A stretch of DNA of 64,000 nt from Candidatus Sabulitectum sp. (GTDB lineage Bacteria; Fermentibacterota; Fermentibacteria; Fermentibacterales; JCC-6), in assembly GCA_021107435.1 (NCBI GenBank), contig JAIOSV010000060.1, positions 9,824-73,823 of the forward strand, written 5' to 3'. Position 1 is the first letter of the stretch. The number at the start of each line of letters is the position of its first letter. Positions 16,878 to 25,495 of the stretch are shown here, one piece after another. The notes beneath the pieces were generated by a model. It saw nothing but the letters and a program-made list of their open reading frames with translations, was not told the DNA's origin and searched no databases. A program made the translations under genes and the position numbers.

Positions 16878-17468
16878 TTGAAAAAAGCATTTATGGTATT
16901 GCTTATTGTAGCTGTGGTCGTTACTGCGGCTGATTTTGAGTACAACACCGGCGGTGCAATGGGTACCGTTCCAACACACGGTGGTTCTGCCAGTGGCTGG
17001 GGTGAGTGGTTCGTGGTGTCTGTACTTAACGATTCCGGGCATGATCTTATTCTTACAGAGTTCGGATTTCCCTGCTGCGGACCACCGACCGGTACCTACG
17101 GATGGTTAGTATGGGTTAATGTTGGTGGATTGAACCCCCCTGCCGGTGAGGCCAGCACTGCCGACTTCTATGGTACTTTTTCTCCAGTCGATTCCAATCC
17201 ATCCACTTTGCCTCCTGTGACCTACACTTACATTGATCTCTCTTCTGAGAACATTGTTATAGCTGACGGAAACTATTTCTGCTTCGGCTACGATGTCACC
17301 GGAAACGGCGGGCAGATTCTCTACAACGGAGTTGAAACCTGGTCATGGTACAACAGTGAGTGGGATTCAGATTCTTCTTGGGGTCGTACAGATATATTTG
17401 AAGTATCTGCAGACTATGATACTGCTCTTGAAAGAAACAGCTGGGCATCAATCAAAACATCGTTCTAA
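16878..17468 (+). CDS. Secreted protein of unknown function ending in the ALERNSWASIKTSF motif
   Basis: TTG start at 16878, 6 nt after GGGAGG (an in-frame ATG lies at 16893). Signal peptide KKAFMVLLIVAVVVTAA. The ORF-track start at 16608 is unlikely. Confidence 0.6.
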   Translation: MKKAFMVLLIVAVVVTAADFEYNTGGAMGTVPTHGGSASGWGEWFVVSVLNDSGHDLILTEFGFPCCGPPTGTYGWLVWVNVGGLNPPAGEASTADFYGTFSPVDSNPSTLPPVTYTYIDLSSENIVIADGNYFCFGYDVTGNGGQILYNGVETWSWYNSEWDSDSSWGRTDIFEVSADYDTALERNSWASIKTSF

Positions 17469-17489
17469 TCAAACCGGTTTGATCGTATT

Positions 17490-17517
17490 ACAGCCCCCTG
17501 TCCTATGGCAGGGGGCT
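17490..17517. terminator. Hairpin between convergent genes (probable bidirectional terminator)
   Basis: CAGCCCCCTG - 8 nt loop - CAGGGGGCTG, a perfect 10-bp stem followed by TTGCTCTATTT. Confidence 0.6.
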
Positions 17518-17523
17518 GTTGCT

Positions 17524-18819
17524 CTATTTGCCTGAAATGGTTATTCCGCTGAAGGTTATCCACGGAATAATGGAACCTCCATTGTTGACTCTTTCTTTCG
17601 AGATATGCTTGATGGTCTTCAGCATCTGCTTCAGGTTTCCAGCTACCATTGTCTCGGATACGGGATATTTGATCTCGCCGTTCTCAATGTAATAGCTGTT
17701 CTTTGCTACGCCGGAGAAATCTCCGTTGCTGCTGGGGTTTCCACCTGAAAAACGGCACAGCAGAATTCCCTTCTCAACCGATTCTACCATCTTGTCGAAG
17801 TCGGTGTTCCCTGGATCAATCACATAAAAACTGCCGGAGTTCACTGCCTTTTCCTTTCCAGTTTTTCGTGATCCGTACAAACCGAGAAGAAAGGAACTGA
17901 GTACTCCTCTGTCAATTATTGTGCTGTTTTCAGCTTTGAATCCGTCACCGGTAAAGAAGTAACCTCCCGCCAGTTCTTCGGATACGGGTCTTGAGTGCAG
18001 GCTGAGCCTTTCATCTGCAATAACTTTGCCAAGAGAGTCCTTGAATATGGAAGTTCCGGTGATCAGAGGATAGTCCCCCAGGTAACGGGTAATAGTGGAT
18101 ATAAAGTCCTCCATGCACTCAGGAGTAGTGATTACATCACCGGTAAAGCTGCCTTCAAGGTTCGTTGTAACAGTCTGGTCAGTGGATTGACCCATGAGTC
18201 TGTCCATTCCATCATATGTATGGAGTTCCTTCGATAGATCCTCCATGGACACTCCAACGTAGTTGAAGGAGGATGTGCTGGTGCCGTCCCTGCTGATAAA
18301 TACCACAACAAAATTGTACTCGCCCCTCACAGACTGGAAACTCACACCATTGGAGTTGCTGTAGTACCTCTGCTTTGCGGTATGGTCCAGAATAGCCTGT
18401 TCCAGAATTAAATTGGGATATTTCGTACCACAATACCCCAGAAAAGCCTTCATTCGTGTATACATCAGATCCACGTCAGGTTCTTCCGGACCCCTGCTAA
18501 AACTCTCAGCGGTCTGCGCTTCAGCAATCTCGTTTATAGGATCCGATTCACCGGCATCAACCAGTTCGATAAGTTCCAGAACTGAATCTCTGATGAAACC
18601 ATCATCTGTCTTGTTGATTGAAGTAGAACCTCGTTTCTGATCCCTGATTCCAGTAAGAGAAAGGTTCACATCATCAGTGGTTCTCATGAGAGAAATACTT
18701 CCGCTGTCTACATTCAACTCGTGCCTTCTGGTGAGGAGGAGGCTGCTTTCTGCCTTCTCTATTCCGGCTTCAAGAAGGACTTTTACGCAAAACTCGGATA
18801 CTCTGCTTCTGTCGGCCAT
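17524..18819 (-). CDS. pmbA: PmbA/TldE-family metallopeptidase partner
   Basis: TldD/PmbA family fold, 431 aa counted from the ATG at 18819. That ATG overlaps the tldD stop as TAATG. The ORF-track start at 18846 would overlap tldD by 28 nt. Confidence 0.8.
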   Translation of the reverse strand: MADRSRVSEFCVKVLLEAGIEKAESSLLLTRRHELNVDSGSISLMRTTDDVNLSLTGIRDQKRGSTSINKTDDGFIRDSVLELIELVDAGESDPINEIAEAQTAESFSRGPEEPDVDLMYTRMKAFLGYCGTKYPNLILEQAILDHTAKQRYYSNSNGVSFQSVRGEYNFVVVFISRDGTSTSSFNYVGVSMEDLSKELHTYDGMDRLMGQSTDQTVTTNLEGSFTGDVITTPECMEDFISTITRYLGDYPLITGTSIFKDSLGKVIADERLSLHSRPVSEELAGGYFFTGDGFKAENSTIIDRGVLSSFLLGLYGSRKTGKEKAVNSGSFYVIDPGNTDFDKMVESVEKGILLCRFSGGNPSSNGDFSGVAKNSYYIENGEIKYPVSETMVAGNLKQMLKTIKHISKERVNNGGSIIPWITFSGITISGK

Positions 18820-20198
18820 TATCTGCCTCCGATGTTTATCCTGCACTTAATCGCAGGACCGCCCATTCCCACCGGGATAGACTGCTTCTTGCCGCACATT
18901 CCGGCGCAGGTCCATGACATGTCATCTGACACGGCAGAAACAGTTTTGAGCATGTCAAAAGCCACGCCGGAAATCGTGGTATCCCTCAGAGCTCTTCCCA
19001 GTTTGCCGTTCTTGATTTCATAGCCCAGAACAACACCAAACATGAATTCACTTGTGGAGTCAGCCTGACCATTGCTGGACTGAATAAGGTAATATCCGTC
19101 CTCCACAGACTCGATCATCTCACTGATAGTGCTCCTGCCGGGAAGAATGGCGGTGTTCCTCATTCTGATAAGGGGTTCGTCACTGAACATGAAACCCCTG
19201 GCATTACCCGTGGGCTCAACTCCGAACTCAAGGGCGGATTCCCTGTTGTGCATATAGTTTCTCAGCACACCATCTTCGATGATGGTCACATCTTTTGCAA
19301 AAGTCCCCTCGTCATCGATGTGTACCGGAACCGGGCATGTTTCCCCCATAGCAGTGTGAGCGAAATCAACAAGAGTAACAAGAGGGCTTGCCACCATCTG
19401 ATCCATGTAGTCTGCGGCAACGGATCCACCGCGAACCGAGTCTGCCTCGGTGGTATGTCCGATGGCCTCATGGGCAAGAATACCCGCAAGATCAGCAGCC
19501 AGAATGCAGTCGCTGATCCCGGTTCCGGGAAACACTCCTTCAGCCTTCCGGAGAAGGTGTTCATAGAGCCTGTCAAGTTTCTCGTAGTACAGGGAGGGTT
19601 TAGCAAAAACATCTTCAAACTGGCCAAGGGTTGCCGGAACTTTAAAAAGCTCCACCGGACCGCTGGAGGTATCAACAGCAAGAATAATGTACATCAGGCT
19701 TCTTGGTGTCATGGAAAATGCCTTTGAGCCTGTAGATGTAATAAGCTGCTTCTCCATGTCCAGCGTGTTTAGAACAACGGTTCTGGAGACAATTCTTTTG
19801 AACTTTCTGCTTATGTAAGAATCAATTCCCTTCACGAAATCAATTCTGTCCTTCCGGAAAGCGACAGTTTTCTTTGTTGCAAAGTCCCATTCACCCACAG
19901 CGGAGGAAGCAGGCAGATCAGATTCTCTCCGGTTCTCGTGCCTGTCCAGAAACAGAGCATTGTCCGACGCTGCCCTGATCACATGCCTGATCGCATCATC
20001 ATTGATCTCCGGGCTTGAGGCAAACCCCCATGAGCCGCTCCTGTAGCTCCTGGCGGAAACACCGCTTGCCGAGTCTCTGCTGTTCTCCAGAATGGTCCCG
20101 TCAACCATGGCAATACGATTGTTTCTGTTTTCCTGAACTCGCAGCTCGGTATATCCGGTGAACATGTCCGAATACCTGCTCAAATCCAGTCGTTTCAT
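18819..20198 (-). CDS. tldD: TldD-family zinc metallopeptidase
   Basis: HEAIGH zinc motif (LAHEAIGHTTEADSV); 459 aa; paired with pmbA. Confidence 0.88.
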   Translation of the reverse strand: MKRLDLSRYSDMFTGYTELRVQENRNNRIAMVDGTILENSRDSASGVSARSYRSGSWGFASSPEINDDAIRHVIRAASDNALFLDRHENRRESDLPASSAVGEWDFATKKTVAFRKDRIDFVKGIDSYISRKFKRIVSRTVVLNTLDMEKQLITSTGSKAFSMTPRSLMYIILAVDTSSGPVELFKVPATLGQFEDVFAKPSLYYEKLDRLYEHLLRKAEGVFPGTGISDCILAADLAGILAHEAIGHTTEADSVRGGSVAADYMDQMVASPLVTLVDFAHTAMGETCPVPVHIDDEGTFAKDVTIIEDGVLRNYMHNRESALEFGVEPTGNARGFMFSDEPLIRMRNTAILPGRSTISEMIESVEDGYYLIQSSNGQADSTSEFMFGVVLGYEIKNGKLGRALRDTTISGVAFDMLKTVSAVSDDMSWTCAGMCGKKQSIPVGMGGPAIKCRINIGGR

Positions 20199-20211
20199 TT
20201 CAGACTCCCCC

Positions 20212-20523
20212 TTACAAGTAGGAGCAGCAGTAGTCTGTTACAACCTTCACTTTCACAGTGAAAGAGGAATTGGCAGGCACCTCAAATGTTTCTCCGCCCT
20301 TAACAGCAAGAGGCACATCCATTCCGGGAAGAGTTACATCCATATCTCCAGCAAGTATTTCCATGATCTCGTGAGAATCGGTACCGAACTTGTATTCACC
20401 GGGAAGCATCACTCCCAGTGTCTTCTTAGATCCATCGGCAAACACAACAGTCCTGCTGGAAACCTTACCGTCATAATAAAAGTTTGCTTCTCTAATCACT
20501 GTCACACTATCAAACTGACTCAT
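20212..20523 (-). CDS. ppnP: Pyrimidine/purine nucleoside phosphorylase PpnP (DUF1255 / YaiE)
   Basis: [26 protein letters not shown]...[27 protein letters not shown]...YCCSYL is collinear with E. coli YaiE. Start chosen at the internal ATG at 20523. Confidence 0.8.
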   Translation of the reverse strand: MSQFDSVTVIREANFYYDGKVSSRTVVFADGSKKTLGVMLPGEYKFGTDSHEIMEILAGDMDVTLPGMDVPLAVKGGETFEVPANSSFTVKVKVVTDYCCSYL

Positions 20524-20910
20524 CGGTTCTGCCTTTCTATAAAGTATGGAATATTGCATATCACTGCGAATATATGCTGAAATTCCATATTCGCTACCTG
20601 TTCTCTTCACAAACGAATATTTTACAAAGTTTTATGCCCCGCGCGAATCACCTTTATCCAGGCTGACAACCAGTTCAGGGACTTCTTCATCACTGCTTTT
20701 TCTTCACTGATTCTGACAGGTCTTTCGCATTTCCTGCTTGTGCGTTTTATACAATTGACATTCCGCGAAATGATCGCAATCATATTAAAGGTATTTTTAC
20801 CTTGAAATGTACCGGTCAGGTGGTTACAAATTGATTTCAGAACACATGGAAGATTGCTCTTCTTGAGTAACAATCCTTTTGATGAATATCCAGTTGAGCA
20901 GGGAGTAGTT

Positions 20911-22140
20911 TTGCCCGAAAGCAGTAATTTCGAAATTCTCCAGACAAGAATTGATGAATTCCGGGCATCCGGCAACTCCTTGAGTCAGAAAGATGCTATT
21001 GATCTAATAGAGCAGATAAATGCCATGAACAGAACAGACTCCGCAGGTGCCTGCATCCTTGCTGAGCAAACTCTTTCGATTTCCAGAGAAATGGGATTCG
21101 ACATGGGAATCGCGAAAAGCCTCAGTGCAATCGGGATTTCGCATTCGTATAGAGGGGAATATGAAAAAGCCCTTGACTGCAGCCTGAAAGCTCTTGCCAT
21201 TTTCAGCGCGATGAATAACTCTGCAGGTCTTTCCAGCACTCTTAATACGATTGGTATTATTTACAGAAAACTCGATAACTACGACAAATCTTTGGAGTAT
21301 TACACCAATTCTCTTCTAATAAGCAAGAAGGCAGATGATGCTAGACAAATCGCCAACACTACTAACAATATTTGTGTCCTCTACCAGGATCTTAATGAAT
21401 TTGAGAACGCTCTGGAATTTGCCAGAAAGTCTCTTCATTACTTTACTGCGTTAAAGGATGATCTTGGAATTGGCAGTTCACTGAACAACATCGGTATTAT
21501 TCTTGAGTTTCAGGGCAACTTCATTTCTGCCCTGGAACATTTTCAAAAATCTAATGATATCTTCCAGCGTATAGGCTACTTGCCCGGGCTTTCGGCAACA
21601 TGTAATAATCTGGGGGAATTGTTTACCAGGCAGAAAAAATTCAAGAAGGCCAAACGCTATTTTTCAACAGCTCTCAAAGCAGCAAAAGATACCAATACAA
21701 AAGACCACGAGATATGTTCACTTGAAAACCTTTCAATTCTGTACGAGACCATGGGCGATTTTCAGAAAGCGCTTGAATACTACATACAATACAGCGATCT
21801 CAAGCAGCAAGTGTTCAGCGAGGAAAGTGCAAAAAATATAAACCAGCTTCAAGTAAGCTACGAAACAGAAAAAAAGGAAAAAGAAAACGAAATTTTCAGG
21901 CTCAGGAATATTGAGCTTGCAAAGGCAAATGAAGAGCTGGAAAAAGCTCTCTCAGAAGTAAAAGAACTCAGCGGACTGCTTCCTATCTGTTCATCCTGCA
22001 AAAAGGTTCGTGCTGATTCCGGATACTGGGTACAGATAGAAAAATACATATCGAAGCGGTCAAACACTCAGTTCAGCCACGGATTGTGCCCTGATTGCGT
22101 GAAGAAACTTTATCCGGAATTCTCTGATGGCAATGCTTGA
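20911..22140 (+). CDS. TPR-repeat sensor protein (A1) with coiled-coil linker and C-terminal CxxC...HGxCPxC module
   Basis: About 8 TPR units (GEYEKALDCSLKALAIF, NNIGIILEFQG...), linker QLQVSYETEKKEKENEIFRLRNIEL, and tail LLPICSSCKKVRADSGYWVQIEKYISKRSNTQFSHGLCPDCVKKLYPE. Probable TTG start at 20911 after AGGGAG, conserved with paralogue A2. The ORF track opens at 20854. Confidence 0.75.
   Translation: MPESSNFEILQTRIDEFRASGNSLSQKDAIDLIEQINAMNRTDSAGACILAEQTLSISREMGFDMGIAKSLSAIGISHSYRGEYEKALDCSLKALAIFSAMNNSAGLSSTLNTIGIIYRKLDNYDKSLEYYTNSLLISKKADDARQIANTTNNICVLYQDLNEFENALEFARKSLHYFTALKDDLGIGSSLNNIGIILEFQGNFISALEHFQKSNDIFQRIGYLPGLSATCNNLGELFTRQKKFKKAKRYFSTALKAAKDTNTKDHEICSLENLSILYETMGDFQKALEYYIQYSDLKQQVFSEESAKNINQLQVSYETEKKEKENEIFRLRNIELAKANEELEKALSEVKELSGLLPICSSCKKVRADSGYWVQIEKYISKRSNTQFSHGLCPDCVKKLYPEFSDGNA
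21840..21920 (+). repeat. Near-identical ~81-nt tract shared with 23287-23367 (linker-coding part of adjacent TPR genes A1 and B1)
   Basis: Manual alignment gives about 5 mismatches in about 81 nt, including a 34-nt identical run (gaaaaagaaaacgaaattttcaggctcaggaata). The TPR regions of A1 and B1 are much more divergent than this. Confidence 0.7.
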
Positions 22141-22237
22141 AACGCCCCATTTCTGAAAGCGTGCCCGATAAGGAGATACAACAGAAGAGAGGTTCATCTG
22201 CGCCTGGATACTCCACCCGGAAAGGAAACCCTACTAG

Positions 22238-23570
22238 TTGAACAAAGAAGTGGTTGCTCTCAAACACCAACTGAAGAAAATACGCTCCAGACCTCCTGCC
22301 AGCGAAACAGGCAGGGAGAGGGTTGATTTACTGAATAAGCTTGGCATGATATTCTACAGATCTCAGCCATTCAGAACCGAGGCATATGCCAGAGAAGCTC
22401 TAATCCTTTCCAAAAGAATAGGATACAGGAAAGGCGAAGCAGGAAGCAACTCTGTAATCGGTGTGGCGATGGCCTCTATAGGCAAATACAATGAAAGCAT
22501 GGAGTTCTTCAATAACGCTCGCTCAATTTACACAGAGCTTGGCGACAGGAAGTGTATCGCGGGAACATACACTAATATCGGTGTTGTATACAGCGATCAA
22601 AGCAAACTTGATCTTGCTATTGAACAACATCTTCAAGCGCTCACGATTTATGAGGACATCAATGACACCAACAGTACTGCTCATTCTCTGAATTGCATTG
22701 GTGTCGTTTTCCGCAAACGAAACAATCTTGAAAAAGCGGAATACTACTACCTGAAAGCCCTCAGACTCAGGGAGGAGACCGGAGATGCCCCAGGGTTGGC
22801 AATGTCCTATAACAATCTTGGAATTCTGGCAAAGGAACGCGGCAATCAGGAAGAAGCTCTGCAGCATTTCGACAAGTCTCTTAAACTGAAAAAAGATCTC
22901 GGTGACAGGCGTGGCATACTGGCTTCATACAGCAATATTGGAGACATCCATATGGAAACGGAAAAGTACGCTGAATCACTCATATTCTACGAGAAATCAC
23001 TTGCAATAAGTGAAGATCTCAGCGATGAAATAGATATATGTAACAATTGCATTAAAATTGGCCATGTCATGACTCTTCTAGGGAACTATAAGGGTGCCCT
23101 GGAATATCTCAACAGGGGTTTACAGATTTCCATCAGTATTGGAGCCGGAATCCTTGAATCGGACAGCTACCGGGAATTGTCAGAGCTTCACAAGTCAATG
23201 GGTAACTACGAGAAAGCTTTTCGATACTACAAGAAATGCAGCACTCTGACACTGAACATCTTCAGTGAAGAAAGCGCAAAAAGCATAAACCAGCTTCAGG
23301 TAAGTTACGAAACAGAAAAAAAAGAAAAAGAAAACGAAATTTTCAGGCTCAGGAATATCGAACTTGCCAAAACAAACAATAAACTACATAAAGCCCTTTC
23401 AGAAGTGGTAGAACTGCGCATCCTGCAAAAGAATTCGCGGTGATTCCGGATACTGGGTACAGATAGAAAAATATATATCCAGCCACTCAAATGCCCAGTT
23501 CAGCCATGGATTGTGTCCTGAGTGCATGAAAAAACTGTACCCCGAGCGCTCGAATAGCGGGATTAAGTGA
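22238..23570 (+). pseudogene. TPR-repeat sensor (B1) whose CxxC...HGxCPxC tail is out of frame (20-nt deletion relative to A1)
   Basis: The main frame ends ...ALSEVVELRILQKNSR* at 23443. The +1 frame from 23415 encodes CASCKRIRGDSGYWVQIEKYISSHSNAQFSHGLCPECMKKLYPERSNSGIK* (stop at 23568-23570). From tcagaagt to gattccgg the segment is 63 nt in A1 and 43 nt here. Confidence 0.6.
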
Positions 23571-23597
23571 TCCCTGCCGGACATAGGCACTTACCTC

Positions 23598-24432
23598 ATG
23601 CCTAACGGCTGTTTTGTCAGCTTTGATGATGCTCTTCTTTCAAACTATCCATTTTTACCTGAACCAATAAATTTAAACACTCTGTGGTTTGGTTACTACA
23701 GGAACTACTGCCGGTTTTCTCCGGTATATCCAACCAGCCAGGATACAGTTATCAACTACACAATCAGGAGAATCAACTGGTTCCGGCGTCTTCAGAATGT
23801 TCATCAGAATGGAGATGACTGACCGTATACAATCATCGTTTCAGGCAAGAATGACACTCTGGCCGGGTGGGAAGAGAAACCTGAACTGTATGCAAAACTT
23901 GATTCTGCTGCAACAGGCTTCGTGCTTTACTGGGATGAGCGTGAGCATATCAACTGGAGTGGTGCACATTTCAGGTATTCAAAACACCTCATTCCTCACT
24001 TCCTTTCCAGATTCAGATCAGTCATTTCCGGCTTTCTCCTCTACTGATACCGATATCGGAACCCCTGGAAGACAACCCGACCTGTTACTGATAAAGGATT
24101 TTACAAGACTGACCATAACGAAAAATACAGGAATCGGCGCGGAAGAGGGTGCAGGGCGCTGTGTCATGATAAGAAGCGAACCCAATCCTTTCCGCAACAG
24201 CACTGCGATTCACTATATAATTCCATCTTGTTGTTCCGTAACAATCAGTATCTATGATATATGCGGCCGTCTGGTTCGTTCGCTGGTCAACGGATTTCAA
24301 AAGGCCGGAAGTCATTCAATTATCTTGAACGGTACAAATAACAGGAATGATCCGGTAACTCCAGGCATATACTTTGGTCATATGGAAACTGATAACGATT
24401 TCATTAATACGGGAATGCTTCTTCTACCGTGA
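23598..24432 (+). pseudogene. Decayed gene for a T9SS-CTD secreted protein
   Basis: The C-terminal ~85 aa form an intact Por/T9SS-type CTD (NPFRNSTAIHYIIPSCCSVTISIYDICGRLVRSL...GIYFGHM). Upstream, protein-like sequence is split between frames: frame of 23598 gives ...NGDD-TGA(23820)-PYTIIVSGKNDTLAGWEEKPELYAKLDSAATGFVLYWDEREHINWSGAHF..., and the frame of 23689 carries on from about 24010. There is no signal peptide. Confidence 0.45.
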
Positions 24433-24465
24433 GAACAGGCGCTGTCTAAAAATCAGCACCTGTTC
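24433..24465. terminator. Hairpin between convergent genes
   Basis: GAACAGGCGCTG - 9 nt loop - CAGCACCTGTTC (12 bp with 1 mismatch). No strong T-tract. Confidence 0.35.
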
Positions 24466-24482
24466 ATCACATCGTTATCAGA

Positions 24483-25352
24483 TCAGTTGAAATCAATTGC
24501 TTTAATGGATCCCCAGGTACTCTGTGCAAGAGCAAAACCGGTGATATCAATTTCAAGCTCACTGATTGAATGGTCACCGGAGGAGTTACTGTGACTCCAG
24601 AAGAAGGTGTCCCTGCCGGGGGAGTAGGCCAGTCCCAGTGAACTCGTGCAGGTAAGGGGACAAGCGATAAATCCGAGGCTGGTCAGAGTTGAGCCGTCGA
24701 AGCTGTAGAAGTAGAAATTGTATGTATTGTACGAAGTTACCACGATACCCAAATCGGAGCCGCAGGGAAATGTGGCAAGACCACTGGGTTGTGCGGAGCC
24801 AAGCTCCGGTATTTCGTAGTACTGAACCCCTGAACCATCAGTATTGAAACTCATTATCTGTTTTGTTGTCCAGTTGAAGGTTTCCCATATTCTGTTTCCG
24901 TCGAAGTCCATTCCTCTTCCATCATCCCCCGCCGGATTTGTCATGAGATGCCATGAGGAGGTGTCCCACCAGTACATGTGGTTCTGATCAAAATCGTTGA
25001 AATAGCAATTGGCGTTAATGTCCACGCAAACACCGAACTGATCAGGAGCAGCTGTGTAGGACAGGGCAAGCTCACTGATCTTGTCTCCGTTGTCGGGGTC
25101 GCAACTGTACATAATGTCATCCTCGCTACTCACAAATACGAGAACGCCGGAGTCACTGGAAAAATCAAGCCCCAGAATCTGCTGTGCATAGCCGCAACTG
25201 AATGTGTTGAGAACGGTAATTGTAATGGCATCGGTTCCTGTTTCGCTGGAGACAGCGGCGTGACTGCCTTCAGAGATGAAACCGCTATTGTCATTGCCGG
25301 CAAAAGCAGCAAGCGACAAAAGCATAATAACAAGAAGTATGAACTTCTTCAT
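24483..25352 (-). CDS. Secreted protein of unknown function ending in ...ALAQSTWGSIKAIDFN
   Basis: ATG at 25352, 4 nt after GGAGGG. Signal peptide MKKFILLVIMLLSLAAFA. Paralogous by eye to the 39305-40174 product. Confidence 0.6.
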   Translation of the reverse strand: MKKFILLVIMLLSLAAFAGNDNSGFISEGSHAAVSSETGTDAITITVLNTFSCGYAQQILGLDFSSDSGVLVFVSSEDDIMYSCDPDNGDKISELALSYTAAPDQFGVCVDINANCYFNDFDQNHMYWWDTSSWHLMTNPAGDDGRGMDFDGNRIWETFNWTTKQIMSFNTDGSGVQYYEIPELGSAQPSGLATFPCGSDLGIVVTSYNTYNFYFYSFDGSTLTSLGFIACPLTCTSSLGLAYSPGRDTFFWSHSNSSGDHSISELEIDITGFALAQSTWGSIKAIDFN

Positions 25353-25495
25353 GATTCCCTCCTTCGGGATGCTTTTATTTGCATTATCACGCATGATAAT
25401 ACGCCATGCCGTTTTGCACAGCCCGTATTATAGTCTTTTCAAATATAAAGGGCAAATCCGCTTTTGCGTGGCGCAACCTATCGCATCCCTGAATC

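Noticed and set aside
20622-20975. A 117-aa minus-strand ORF in the ppnP / TPR-A1 intergenic region.
   Set aside because: It overlaps the 5' end of the TPR gene and a candidate promoter (TTGACA at 20755-20760). It has no RBS and no recognisable motif, and its composition is not protein-like.
23820-23822. In-frame TGA that might be read as Trp/Gly/Sec (alternative genetic code or selenocysteine).
   Set aside because: TGA clearly serves as a stop codon for many well-defined genes in the window (for example 23441-23443, 8 kb kinase neighbours, galK/GH127). There is no SECIS-like context, and the same gene also needs a frameshift. A nonsense mutation is the simpler explanation.
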